64,000 bases of DNA from Paraspadella gotoi (Eukaryota; Animalia; Chaetognatha): positions 4,602,666 to 4,666,665 of the forward strand of contig CM119268.1 of NCBI GenBank assembly GCA_051294375.1, given 5' to 3'. Each line of letters begins with the position of its first letter. Within the stretch, counting starts at the first letter, position 1. Of the stretch, positions 54,262-64,000 are shown in pieces. A program made the position numbers and the translations under genes. The notes beneath the pieces are model-generated. The model did no database searches and was not told where the DNA came from. It saw only the letters and a program-made list of their open reading frames with translations.

Positions 54262-57200
54262 ATGCCCTCGGATCCTCTCGTCAACGCCGTTAAGAATCGA
54301 GACGTCAACGTCGTCAAACGGCTTTTGGAAGAGGTGGGGTTTGTTTGATGAAGGAGACTGAAAACTTATAACAAAAAAAGGAATAATTAATCCATTAATT
54401 GTTTAAATAAACAAAGGTGAGTTCTTGAATAGGGTCCCATTATTAATAACTGAATGAATGAACGAAGGACGAAGGGAATGAATAGAAACAAGAACGAATG
54501 GCTGTTTCAATTTTAAAAATTGTCTCACGTCGTAATCACTAATCCAATTTATACCCAACTCTAAAATTCATTAAACTTACCCATTTCTCACCAAATCGTC
54601 ATTACCGCGATTTCCCTTCGCTCAATTAATAACCAACACCTTCCCCCCCCCCCGACCCCCCCCAAAAAAAGGGTCACGACCCCAACGCCTCTGACTCCGA
54701 GGGTCGGTCCGCCCTCGATTGGGCCGTCATCCGGTCCAACTTGGAATTCGTTCGAGTTTTGCTCGACAAGGGAGCGGACGTCAACCGAAGGGGAAAGGGA
54801 GGGAAGACGGCGATCCATTGGGCCGTTCGTTACGCCCTCGACGAACGCATCCTGACGCACCTCAGAGGCTTCAACGCCGACCTCGAAGTCACCAACGACG
54901 CGACGGACAATGTCCTCCACGCCGCCGCGTGAGTTGTCGATGTTGATGATGTTGCGGCGAATCCTAAATTCGCTTCCCGTATAGCTTGGTGAAACTCGGC
55001 TCGTTCCATTGGTTTGGACAGCTAAGTACTCGTTCACCAAGCGTGAGTTCCGGGTTCAATCCCCTCATGCTGATTAAAGTGTGATGGTGTCGGCATAAAC
55101 ACGCCAGTGACTTGGGGTGGCCACTGCAGGTCACTGCAGGTCCAAAGCCCTGAGCGCCAGCTGTTGGGAGATGCCTCACACCCCGGGCATCAGATATGTC
55201 CCCCCGTTGCCATAATGTCATGAATTCGGTACAATCGATACAAAAATTATCTCTGCTTTTAAAAAAATACGCTATCGTGTCGCCTGACTTTGGACAATGG
55301 ACAATGGACATTGGACAATTGGACAATGGACATGGTATGGTGGATTAAGCCCTCCATCCATCTTACAAGATAATAACATAATACTTAAGGGAGTGGTCTT
55401 GTAAGAGTGATGGAGGCCTTAAACCACCAAAGTCAGGGGCAAGATAGTGTGGCAGCAAGACTTAAAGCTGCCTCACTGCTGTCCGTCCTCAGCCTCGTCT
55501 CAATGGCTGAGCAGGCTAAATCATCTCATTCCATCCGTGCGTCTCGGGTTCAATCCCTGGGTATCCCGGTTCTGGCTTAAATGCTACGGTGCCGGTATAA
55601 ACATGCCAGTGACAGGAGGCGGTCACTGAGGGTCCGCAGCCCCTACGCCAGTTGGTGAGATACCCCGCGCCCCGGGTATCACAGACTATCCTCCCGTTGC
55701 CATAATAGCTTATTTATTAAATGAATGGATAATTTTTATACTCGTTGTACCAATTTCATAACAAGATCCTGCAAGTTTTTAATCAAGTCTTTCTCATTGT
55801 CTAGTTTATTGATTCCTACAGCGAACGAATCAAGCAAGCGTTTTGAATTGTTAAATAGTTCGTTGTATGGTTTTTATTTATTTGTTTGTTTTACATCGTT
55901 GTCGATTGTGTCTTTCTCCGTTGACAAAGTGTTGCACTAGGTTTTTTCTTGCAGGTTCTTCTTTTCTGTTCAATAATTATTTCTATTTTTAATATTCACC
56001 AACCACCATCCGAACCTTACCCTCTCCATCTCACCTTTCCCTCCTTTTTCCAGTTACTATGGCAACGCGATAGGGATCGACTTCTGTCTGAATCAAGGCC
56101 TCTCACTCTCGACCATAACCTCCAAGTACGGCTACACTCCGCTGCTCCGTGCCGCCCGAGGATTCGCCGACGAGTCGATCCTCGATCACCTCGTCCGTCG
56201 AGGAGCGGACGTGACGGTCAAGCGGACGGGGGATGGGCAGAACTTCCTGCACTGCGCCGCTAAAGGTTGGTGGGGGAACGATGCTTAACTTACCTTAAAA
56301 TTTGTAGTATTTTTTTTGTGATTTGCAACTTTTTTCATTATCAATATCATACTTTTTTATTAAATAATCAATTCTTTTCCACTCTCGTTTCTTTCCTCGT
56401 TCTCTTTCTGCCAACTTTCCCCCCCTTTTGCCAAAGGCCTCAACGAAGAGGCCATCAAATGGGGCCTCAAGATGGGCATCTCCGCCGACGACGTCTCCGA
56501 CATCGGGACCACGCCCATCCAGCACATGGAGCGTTGGGCCGAGATCAAATCCCAGAGAGACAAGGAGGCCTTCAAGAACATCAAGCTCATCTTGGAGACC
56601 GCCTCCCATATCGACGTGGGGGCGATCCGGGTGGAGAGTGGTGGAACGCCCTGGCGGGAAGGTAGTGGCTGGGGGATGGGGGAGGTGGCTATTATATATT
56701 ATTTTTAAGTATTATATAATATATATTATATATCTTATTTTAGTTCTAATGTTTTATGTTACTTTCAAATTTTAAAATTTTCACATTTTCACTCATTTTT
56801 CCTATATTTATTACAATATTATTGATTATTGTCATTTTACATTTTCTACGTTTTGGTTTCTTTGTCGTTCTTGGTTGGTGTTTTTATCTCTCGGATAAGG
56901 TTTGTATAAATTAAAGCAGTAAATATTATTTATTCTTATTATTTTTTCAAACTTACGTCCCTATCACACCATAATATAAAGTAACTAAACTCATCTTTCA
57001 AACTAGTTCATTTTCATTTCATTTTCATTTTCATTTTCACTGGCCTCGGACCGTCATATTTAGCGAGTGAACCGAGATGGCCGAGTATTGCAACCAGGAT
57101 GCCCGGTTTAATCTTTGCCTCTCAGATATATTGACGCTCCTAAAAAAGACCGGTAGAAAAATCCATCTATTGTCAATCGTAAGGGACTCGAACCCGAGTT

Positions 57201-58085
57201 CTTCGGCTTGGGAGGAGCGGGGGAAAATTAATACGGTCGATGCAGCTGAGTAGTACGCAATTACTGCCTACACAAACTTCTCTTTCTTTGAACAATCTTT
57301 ATCCTCATCTCCTTTTGCTCTTTCCTCCCCCCCCCCCAACTCTCTCGCAGAATCCCTTGAGGAAGATCTCGACGGACGAACGGCTTCAGCTCTCGAGGAG
57401 ATGCAAAAGTGTTTGAGAGACTTGAAGGAAATCCACGGACTAAGCGATGCGGAGGAAGGAAGGCTGCTCAAGTGTCTCGTTGAGAGATCTAATCAGGGTA
57501 AAGGAATATTGGGAGATTTCGATCGCTGATTGGTCGAGACGGTCTCATTAGCGACAAACATGATTCGTCGATTTCATTCTGTCCGATCAGATATGGTTCA
57601 GTAAGAATGCAATGTTATTTACAATATAATTTTTTTTTATTTTATCTTATTTTATACAATATAATCAGTTTCCTCTAGTAACACAAATATTTCAACCCAA
57701 CATAGCATTTTAAAATGATAATAATTTTTAAGCATTATGGGGTGAGTTTTTTTCGGAATCGTGAATAGGCTTTTTTTCGAGCTTTATTGCCGTAAGAGCT
57801 TCACATCTCACAAAACTAGCGACGATCGGAATTCGTTCACAGGGCGAAAGTTCACCTACGACGTTTTCATCTCTCACGCGTGGAAGGGAAAATCGGGTCC
57901 CGTCTCACGCAGCGTGAAAGAAATTCTGGAGAAAGAGAATCTTCGCGTTTGGTACGACGAAGAAAATATACAGGGTGATCTTAATAAGGTGAGAGAAAAA
58001 AAATATAGAAACTATCCTTCAGAGAGAAAACGAAAATTTCATCAGCAAGTATTCAATAAGTGTTTAGTTTCACAAACATTAGTTT

Positions 58086-58184
<99 letters not shown>

Positions 58185-59000
58185 CCAACAAAGAATTGAG
58201 CAAGGGATAGTGGTCTGATGTAAGGACACAAAAGAAACTATTCTAAACTATTTGACTTAATCGTGACAAATCTGACCAACGCCCGTTTTCCTTCAACACT
58301 AATAAATAAATATATATAAACAAATATAATTTTAAATATAAAGGCGATGGTGGACGGAATTTCTAATTCGGCGACGTTTCTTCTCGTGTCGAGTCAAGAA
58401 TATGAAGAGAGCATGAATTGCATGAGGGAAATGAACTACGCCGACAGGAAGAAGAAACCGATTGTCCACGTCTCGACAGGTCGGGTTATGTGAGGACTGA
58501 GGAATGGCGATGTTGCACGAATTGCAGAAATGGTAGAAACTTCTAGCTTATGACAGAATTTTGTCTGAAGCTGATAAAATGGCCTTTTGATTTATGTATT
58601 TAATGTATTTTCTGTCTGGGATCTTTAACATTTTCTTAAAAATTCATTTTTAATTTTCTTAAAAAAAACAAAAAACATTTAAACCGTTGGCAACATGAAT
58701 GCATTATCTTCATGGAAACGATAACTTAGATCGAATGATATTTAAAGAAGGGATTTACTCTTTGTCCCGATGAGGGTTCTAATAACGCTAAACTCGCTGC
58801 ATCCGACTTCGTTATGTCCGAACTTTTCCTCGCCATCTCCAGGTTATCGAACGACGGGCGAATTGGATTTCGTCATAGGAAATCTGCTCTACTACGAAAT
58901 TCCGCGAGACAAAGAAAATCTTTTGAAAAAAGTGAGAGAGGAAATATCCAAAGCCAACAACAACAACAACAACAGCAGTGGAGTCAGACCGTCGCCATGA
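54262..59000 (+). CDS. Ankyrin-repeat + C-terminal TIR (TIR_2-type) protein, ~450 aa, 8 exons
   Basis: Exons 54262-54333, 54672-54928, 56054-56265, 56437-56661, 57351-57497, 57843-57988, 58344-58479 and 58843-59000 sum to 1353 nt, all GT-AG, with matching phases and no internal stop. Ankyrin motifs: GRSALDWAV..LLDKGADVN, GKTAIHWAV, DNVLHAAAYYGN, GYTPLLRAA..GADVT, GQNFLHCAA. TIR: YDVFISHAW..LRVWYDEENIQGDLNKAMVDGISNS..SQEYEESMNCMREMNYADRKKKPIVHV..GELDFVIGNLLYYE. An in-frame upstream ATG at 54100 is possible. Confidence 0.92.
55000..55215 (+). mobile_element. tRNA-derived SINE-like element, copy A
   Basis: B-box GGGTTCAATCCC at ~55052. The body GGTGTCGGCATAAACACGCCAGTGAC...CCCCGGGCATCA...CCCGTTGCCATAA is shared with 55495-55706. 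Confidence 0.65.
55280..55450. repeat. Dispersed short repeat family (CTTGTAAGAGTGATGGAGGCCTTAAACCACCAAAG / TGTCCAAAGTCAGGGGCAA), here in both orientations
   Basis: The same motifs occur in ANKRD29 introns (~22550-22620, ~23155-23180, ~31200-31265, ~31795-31820). Confidence 0.6.
55495..55706 (+). mobile_element. tRNA-derived SINE-like element, copy B
   Basis: A-box-like TGGCTGAGCAGG (55504) and B-box GGGTTCAATCCC (55546). Diverged body ending CCCGTTGCCATAA, as in copy A. Confidence 0.65.
57007..57225 (-). mobile_element. tRNA-derived SINE-like element with a (TGAAAA)n tail
   Basis: The minus strand reads CCTCCCAAGCCGAAGAACTCGGGTTCGAGTCCC (B-box at ~57183-57195). A tandem (TTTTCA)n at 57007-57039 marks the 3' end. 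Confidence 0.6.
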
Positions 59001-59429
59001 CGACGCAGAAATGAAGGCGGAATTTGCGCGGATTTTAATGAATAAATCAATTTAAATACAATTGCGCTTTTTATTTAGCCAAATTAGTTGAACGGACATA
59101 GAAAACTAGGCCAAAGAATAATAATTGACTTTAGAAATTTAAAACTAGGTTTATTTAAAGATAAAGGTAAAAGATAAAATAAAACAAAAACACAGGTATC
59201 ACAGATTTTTTATGAAAAAAACATCAATTGGGTATCTCTCAGACAAAATCCAAACAATTCACGGGCCAATTTACAGTAATATCCTGTTTGTACGAGAATT
59301 AAGTGATTGAAATTTAAGTTACTGTAAAATTTATGTCCATCCAAATGAAGGATCTCAATTAGCCATAGCCGATGAAATTTAAATGCTAATGTATACAGCG
59401 TTAAAATAATCTATCATGACCATAGATTA

Positions 59430-59950
59430 TGGTATTAAAATATTTTTTTTCAAATATGCTTTCTTCTGAGGGTACTAGCCTAATTAAAAATATTATATTA
59501 CTATATAGAGCAAAAAAAATTTTTTTTAAATCTTACAATTTTTTGATGGATTCTGATAGAGCATAAAAAGTTAAACAAGAAATATAATTACTGCTTTTAA
59601 AAATTCTTACGTTTTCTCAGTGAAAATATAAAAAAACTGATAAAATCATTAAAAGATGATGATGATTTTTTACGGTTTTTCTTATTTTTGACACACTTAT
59701 CGTAAAAATATTTAAAAAAGAATCATACTTTGTGTAGACAACTTTTTATGAGCTATCTGAATCTGGTCTTAAAATTAAAAAATTCTAAAAAAAATTTTTG
59801 GCCTTTCCTATTTATAAATAAATATTAAAAAATTAATTACTAGGGTATAGAGCCATATTAGGAATTTTTTGTCCACTGAAAGTATTCTTAAAAATGTCTA
59901 AATATTCGTTTGAGCATGTACTCGCTCTAAATTTTTGACTCACCCCATTG
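59430..59950. mobile_element. Possible AT-rich MITE/DNA-transposon remnant with internal inverted repeats
   Basis: GATTCTGATAGAGCATAAAAAGTT (~59549) and AACTTTTTATGAGCTATCTGAATC (~59740) are imperfect inverted repeats. Termini are not resolved. Confidence 0.35.
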
Positions 59951-60515
59951 AGTGCGGCTACCCCTATCTCAATCGGACTCAATTCCATTTTTAGAATCAA
60001 ACGTAAATCACGAATCTCAAAATAAATAATCTTAATCTAGTTAATTTTTTTAAACCAATTTAACTTTTTAAAACTATTTATATAAATGTTAACAGAAATA
60101 ACAAAATCTATATACATATTTACAGAAATTAATAATCTAAATTCGAATCAAGAATCAAAACCCAATCTGATTCCAAATCATAAATTTAAAATTTCGCCCA
60201 CCCTAGCCATATATTCCAAAAGCGCTCCATTTGAACTGAAACTGAACTAAATTGAACTGAATTAAGTTTTAAAGTTTAAAAATTAGGTTAAGGATAAAGA
60301 TTAATTTAAGGGTGAGAATTGAAAGTTAGGTTAGGGATTCGGTTAAAGATATAGTAATTAGTTATGGAATGGGGGTTAGGTATTGGGGTTAGATATTGCG
60401 TTAAATATTTATCAATAGATTATCATTAAATAATTGAATTAAAAATGGTACAAGAATTAGAAATAGAAACGGGAAGCTTTTCTTTAAAAAAATAGTGCCG
60501 CCCCATTTTATATCT

Positions 60516-63500
60516 TCAGGCCACCACCAACCCGTTTCTCTTCCTCCCGTCCTGTTCTTTAATCATAGAATAAGGATATTCCTCTTCTTCGCCCGATGCC
60601 TCGTCCAACTTGTTCATCTCCTCGTCGCTAAGCGACCAACCGTCGGCCGCCGCCATATTGGATTCCAGTTGAGAGAGACGGGAGACGCCGACGATGACGG
60701 AGGCGACGAAGTCCTTTTGGATGGCCCAGCGGAGAGCCACCTGGGGGTTTAATCGAGAGATAGTCGCTGTGTTGTTTAAGATCGTATAAATTTTTTTTTT
60801 TAAATAATGTGTCCATTTTAAGTATTCATTATCCACACAAGGCTGTCTCTTCTATCATTTCTTGGGCGATTTCTTTCGAGCATTCGCCTGTTGTCCCGTA
60901 ACTCAACCAAACTTACTTGATCCAAAATCCAAAATCCCGCCGGCCGATCTTAGATTTTGATCCCTTGCTGCGTCCATTTTTTCTAACCTTTTATGGTGGA
61001 CTAAAACCCACCAACCGTTCATCAGCGGCCATTGGTGCCGGAAGCAAGTCATTCGCCTCCCAACCCAAAGGTCCGGGGTTCTAGCCCGGTGGTCATCTGG
61101 CAGTTAAGAGGGACGGGGCGCTTAACCCGCCTGTAACATGGTGTTACAGCCTGATCCGAAGCTCAGGGACTGCTTATATTGAACGGTTCTATCACTAACT
61201 CATAACAATAATTACTGTCTCTTCATTGGTGAGCCCGACTTCCGAACACAACAGCAACAACAACACTTTCAGGCAACATGCCTCAACCTGGCGATGCACT
61301 TTCCGCCCACAACACATCAGGCGACATGCCTAAATTTGGTGACGCAGTTTCCACCAACAACAACAATTCACTGAAGAGACGCAACAGACATCTTCCTACG
61401 GGAGGGGGGGATGTATGGTGGACTAAAACCCACCAACCGTTCATCAGCGGCCATTGGTGCCGGAGGCAAGTCATTCGCCTCCCAACCCAAAGGTCCGGGG
61501 TTCTAGCCCGGTGGTCGTCTGGCAGTTTAGAGGGACGGGGCGCTTAACCCGCCTGTAACATGGTGTTACAGCCTGATCCGAAGCTCAGGGACTGCTTATA
61601 TTGAACGGTTCTATCACTAACTCATAACAATAATTACTGTCTCTTCACTTTAAATCTTTATTACACCATCAATTTTTATTATTCCTTACCTCGGCCATGG
61701 AACGACCCTTATTCTCAGCGATCGATCGCATTACGTCGAGAAGATGAAACGTCTTTTCGTTACGGAGCGCGTCTCCCATAGCAGTCTGGGAATTATAATA
61801 GTGATAAAATAATAACATTAATAAACATTAATTTTATATTTAGAAAACCGTAATATATGTTACATGATGTAAGTAGAAAGACAATTTTGATTAAGGTAAA
61901 CAAATCCTGTTATAAAAAGGGCCTTTTGTTTGTAAACCTCAGCTCTGAATCCAGTTTTATTTGCGAAGTCTTGTCTCGATCCCTCGGGAGGCGCTTGGTC
62001 TCTCGTTATCTTTCCCGTCAACCAACCGCCCTTTCGATCGGAAGGATAACAATTATTACGTATATTATCATATATAAATTTAATCATTATTATTATTACT
62101 AACCTTTAAAGGACTCCATGGCAAAACACCGATGTTTTCATTGCGACAGACTTGCACGACCTGGGAAAAGTATATGAAATTAAAAACTAGTTAATGAGGG
62201 GTTTTTTCAATGACTTTTTCATTCTCCTCACTTCTTTTCATACCTCATCAAAAATAAATACAAATTTCCCGTTCTACACACAAGTGCGACAAGATCAGAA
62301 CTTTTATCATTGCCTACACCAGAATAAAGCGTACAGTACAAACCAATGCAATCAAACGCATCGAAACCTTTAAGACCAGAATACAAACCAAACCGATGCA
62401 AACAAATGAAATCAAAAGAGTTTTGACTTCAAACTTCGGAATACAACGTACAGACCAAACCAATACAATCAAAATCAATCAAAACCAGCATCAGAATTCC
62501 CGGTAGCGTCAAAACCGAATCAATTGCAATCAAAACTTCTTTAACCTCAGTCTCGATTCCTCTCGACAACAGACTGTATTGCATCTGCGCCGTCACCACA
62601 TTCTCCATCCCCATGAACTTGGCGTAGTCGCAGATCTTCTGCAACTGCCATCCAGAGACGTTGCAGACGCCAAGGTAGCGCACCTTGCCCGCGCGGACGG
62701 CGTCGTTGAGGGTCCTGAGGGTTTCCTGAGAGAGAGGGGAAAAGAGAGGAAAGGAGAAGCAAAGTAAAGAAAGATGGAAAGAAAGAAAGAAATATGTAAA
62801 GAGAGAAAGAAAGATGAAAAGAGAGAAAGAAAGATGAAAAGAGAGAAAGAAAGGTGGGAAAAAGAGAGAAAGAGAAAAATAAAAGAAAGAAAGAAAGAAA
62901 GAGAAGAAAGAAAGAAAAAAGAAAAAGAAAAAAGACAGAAAGTTTAAGACAGAGAAAGCGAGAATATGTGTAAGAAAGATAGAAAGAAACAGAACGTGAG
63001 AAAGAGAGAAGAAAGAGAGAGAGAAAGAAAGAGAAGAAGAAAGAAAATGACAAAGAAAAAATATCGTAATTGGCGGAAGTGGAAACATGAATAAATCGAA
63101 TTCAAAATTTAAAAACGTAAGGTCCATATATTTATAAATTTCATAATATACTATTATCTAAATTTTAACTAATTCCCCCCCTCCAACCTTCAAATCCGTC
63201 CCTTCGTCCCATCCGTTATCTGATAAAGATCGATGTAGTCCGTCTTCAGTCTCTCCAAACTTTGGCTCAGACTCCAAAGGATGTACGTCTCGAGAGGCCC
63301 GTCCCGTTGGCGGCGGATCAGCTTCGGTCAAGTAGCGGACCTTTGTGGCCACGACGTAATGGTGGCGGGGCTGTAAGGCGAATGGCGGTTGGAGAGGTGG
63401 TGGGGTATTAGCAAATGTTAATGTAATGGTCGCACCGACGATATTTAATGTATTATATTGGACACGGTGAAAAGGATTACGATTCTTTTAACGTCTAAGA

Positions 63501-64000
63501 TCGTTAATAAATGTAAACGCAGTTATCAACTCGTTAAATAGCCGTTCGGGGTTACTTTTACTTTCGTCGACCGGGTTAGGGAGGGTTAGGGTTAAGGATA
63601 GTTTAGGGTGGTTTAGGTTAGGGGTGGTTAAGGTTAGGGTAATATTTATTTTTTAAATTATTAAATTATTTTTTAAATGGTTTTTCAAAAGCCGCCAAAA
63701 CGGCGGGCGGCGAAAGTAAAATTTAGCCAAAGTTCGAATACATGTATGTATTATTTTTGGCTAATGCTTACACACACAACGTTATGTTGTTATTTTTTCG
63801 TTTCTTAAATACCGAAAACCGACTGTCAGTTCCTATTAGTCGAATATGGCCAAATCTTATATCATCGATTCTACAGTGACCTCACCTTCGTCGACAACCA
63901 CCTTCCCACGATGCTCTCGGTGATGCCACTGTGCTGTCTCATTCCGGGTAAGTGTCCGCCGTGTCGATAAAGTTTCCGCCCAACTCGATGAACCTTTTCG
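60516..64000 (-). CDS. Aldo-keto reductase, YajO/aryl-alcohol-dehydrogenase-like; 5' end lies beyond the window
   Basis: Exons (minus): 64000-63886 (KRFIELGGNFIDTADTYP/GITESIVGRWL), 63370-63188 (VVATKVR..GLSR..SLERLKTDYIDLYQI.GWD), 62725-62546 (ETLRTLNDAVRAGKVRYLGVCN..QMQYSLLSRGIE), 62160-62104 (GVLPWSPLK), 62030-61938 (GGWLTGK), 61785-61690, and 60740-60516 (VALRWAIQK..SVIVGVSRLSQLESN..*). Four apparent 1-bp deletions occur in the two 5'-most exons. Confidence 0.92.
60992..61647 (+). mobile_element. Complete non-autonomous miniature LTR retrotransposon (TRIM) with a tRNA-like sequence in each LTR
   Basis: LTR1 60992-61225 and LTR2 61414-61647 are 234 bp each, with 3 substitutions seen. PBS TGGTGAGCCCGAC at 61227. 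PPT GGGAGGGGGGGA at 61400-61411. 188-bp non-coding interior. TSD CTTT (60988-91 and 61648-51). Confidence 0.9.
61447..61518 (+). ncRNA. 72-nt tRNA-like module (Pol III A/B boxes) within the LTR; twin at 61025-61096; not a functional tRNA
   Basis: Acceptor stem GCGGCCA/TGGTCGT, A-box-like TGGTGCCGGAGG, loop CTCCCAA (Gly-CCC-like), T-arm CCGGG-GTTCTAG-CCCGG. The anticodon stem pairs poorly. Confidence 0.7.
63573..63640 (+). repeat. Degenerate TTAGGG-like interstitial repeat (similar patches at ~29355-29400, ~37980-38025, ~60285-60390)
   Basis: GGGTTAGGGAGGGTTAGGGTTAAGG... Short and imperfect. Confidence 0.55.

Noticed and set aside
61415-61450. Hammerhead ribozyme (CTGATGA on the minus strand)
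   Set aside because: No correctly placed GAAA/stem II partner was found by eye.
61025-61518. tRNA-Gly genes
   Set aside because: The anticodon stem is broken and the modules lie inside LTRs. They are treated as a tRNA-derived promoter.
63938-63950. In-frame TGA in the AKR as possible selenocysteine/readthrough
   Set aside because: The conserved sequence (GITESIVGRWL) continues in another frame, so this is a 1-bp homopolymer deletion rather than recoding.

Overview
This is intron-rich, AT-rich, microsatellite-laden animal (invertebrate) genomic DNA from an imperfectly polished long-read-gap-filled assembly. Four spliced genes can be reconstructed by hand: (1) ANKRD29-like (+, partial, present twice); (2) TMEM47/VAB-9-like claudin-superfamily tetraspan protein (+, ~38.5-52.4 kb); (3) an intact 8-exon gene for a ~450-aa ankyrin-repeat + C-terminal TIR_2 protein that keeps the putative NADase glutamate (+, 54262-59000); (4) a YajO-type aldo-keto reductase (-, 60516 to beyond the window end). 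An AKR intron holds a complete 656-bp miniature LTR retroelement (TRIM) with a tRNA-like module in each LTR, a PBS, a PPT and a 4-bp TSD. A solo LTR of the same family sits in the TMEM47 gene. tRNA-derived SINEs and a LINE remnant are also present. Much of 5-40 kb (fold-backs, a seemingly identical 4.7-kb duplicate, an 8.6-kb duplicate, four 25-N gaps) and the T-rich block at 41-50 kb look like assembly artefacts. Nearly all long ORFs in the supplied track are spurious. All calls are by eye; no database search was run.
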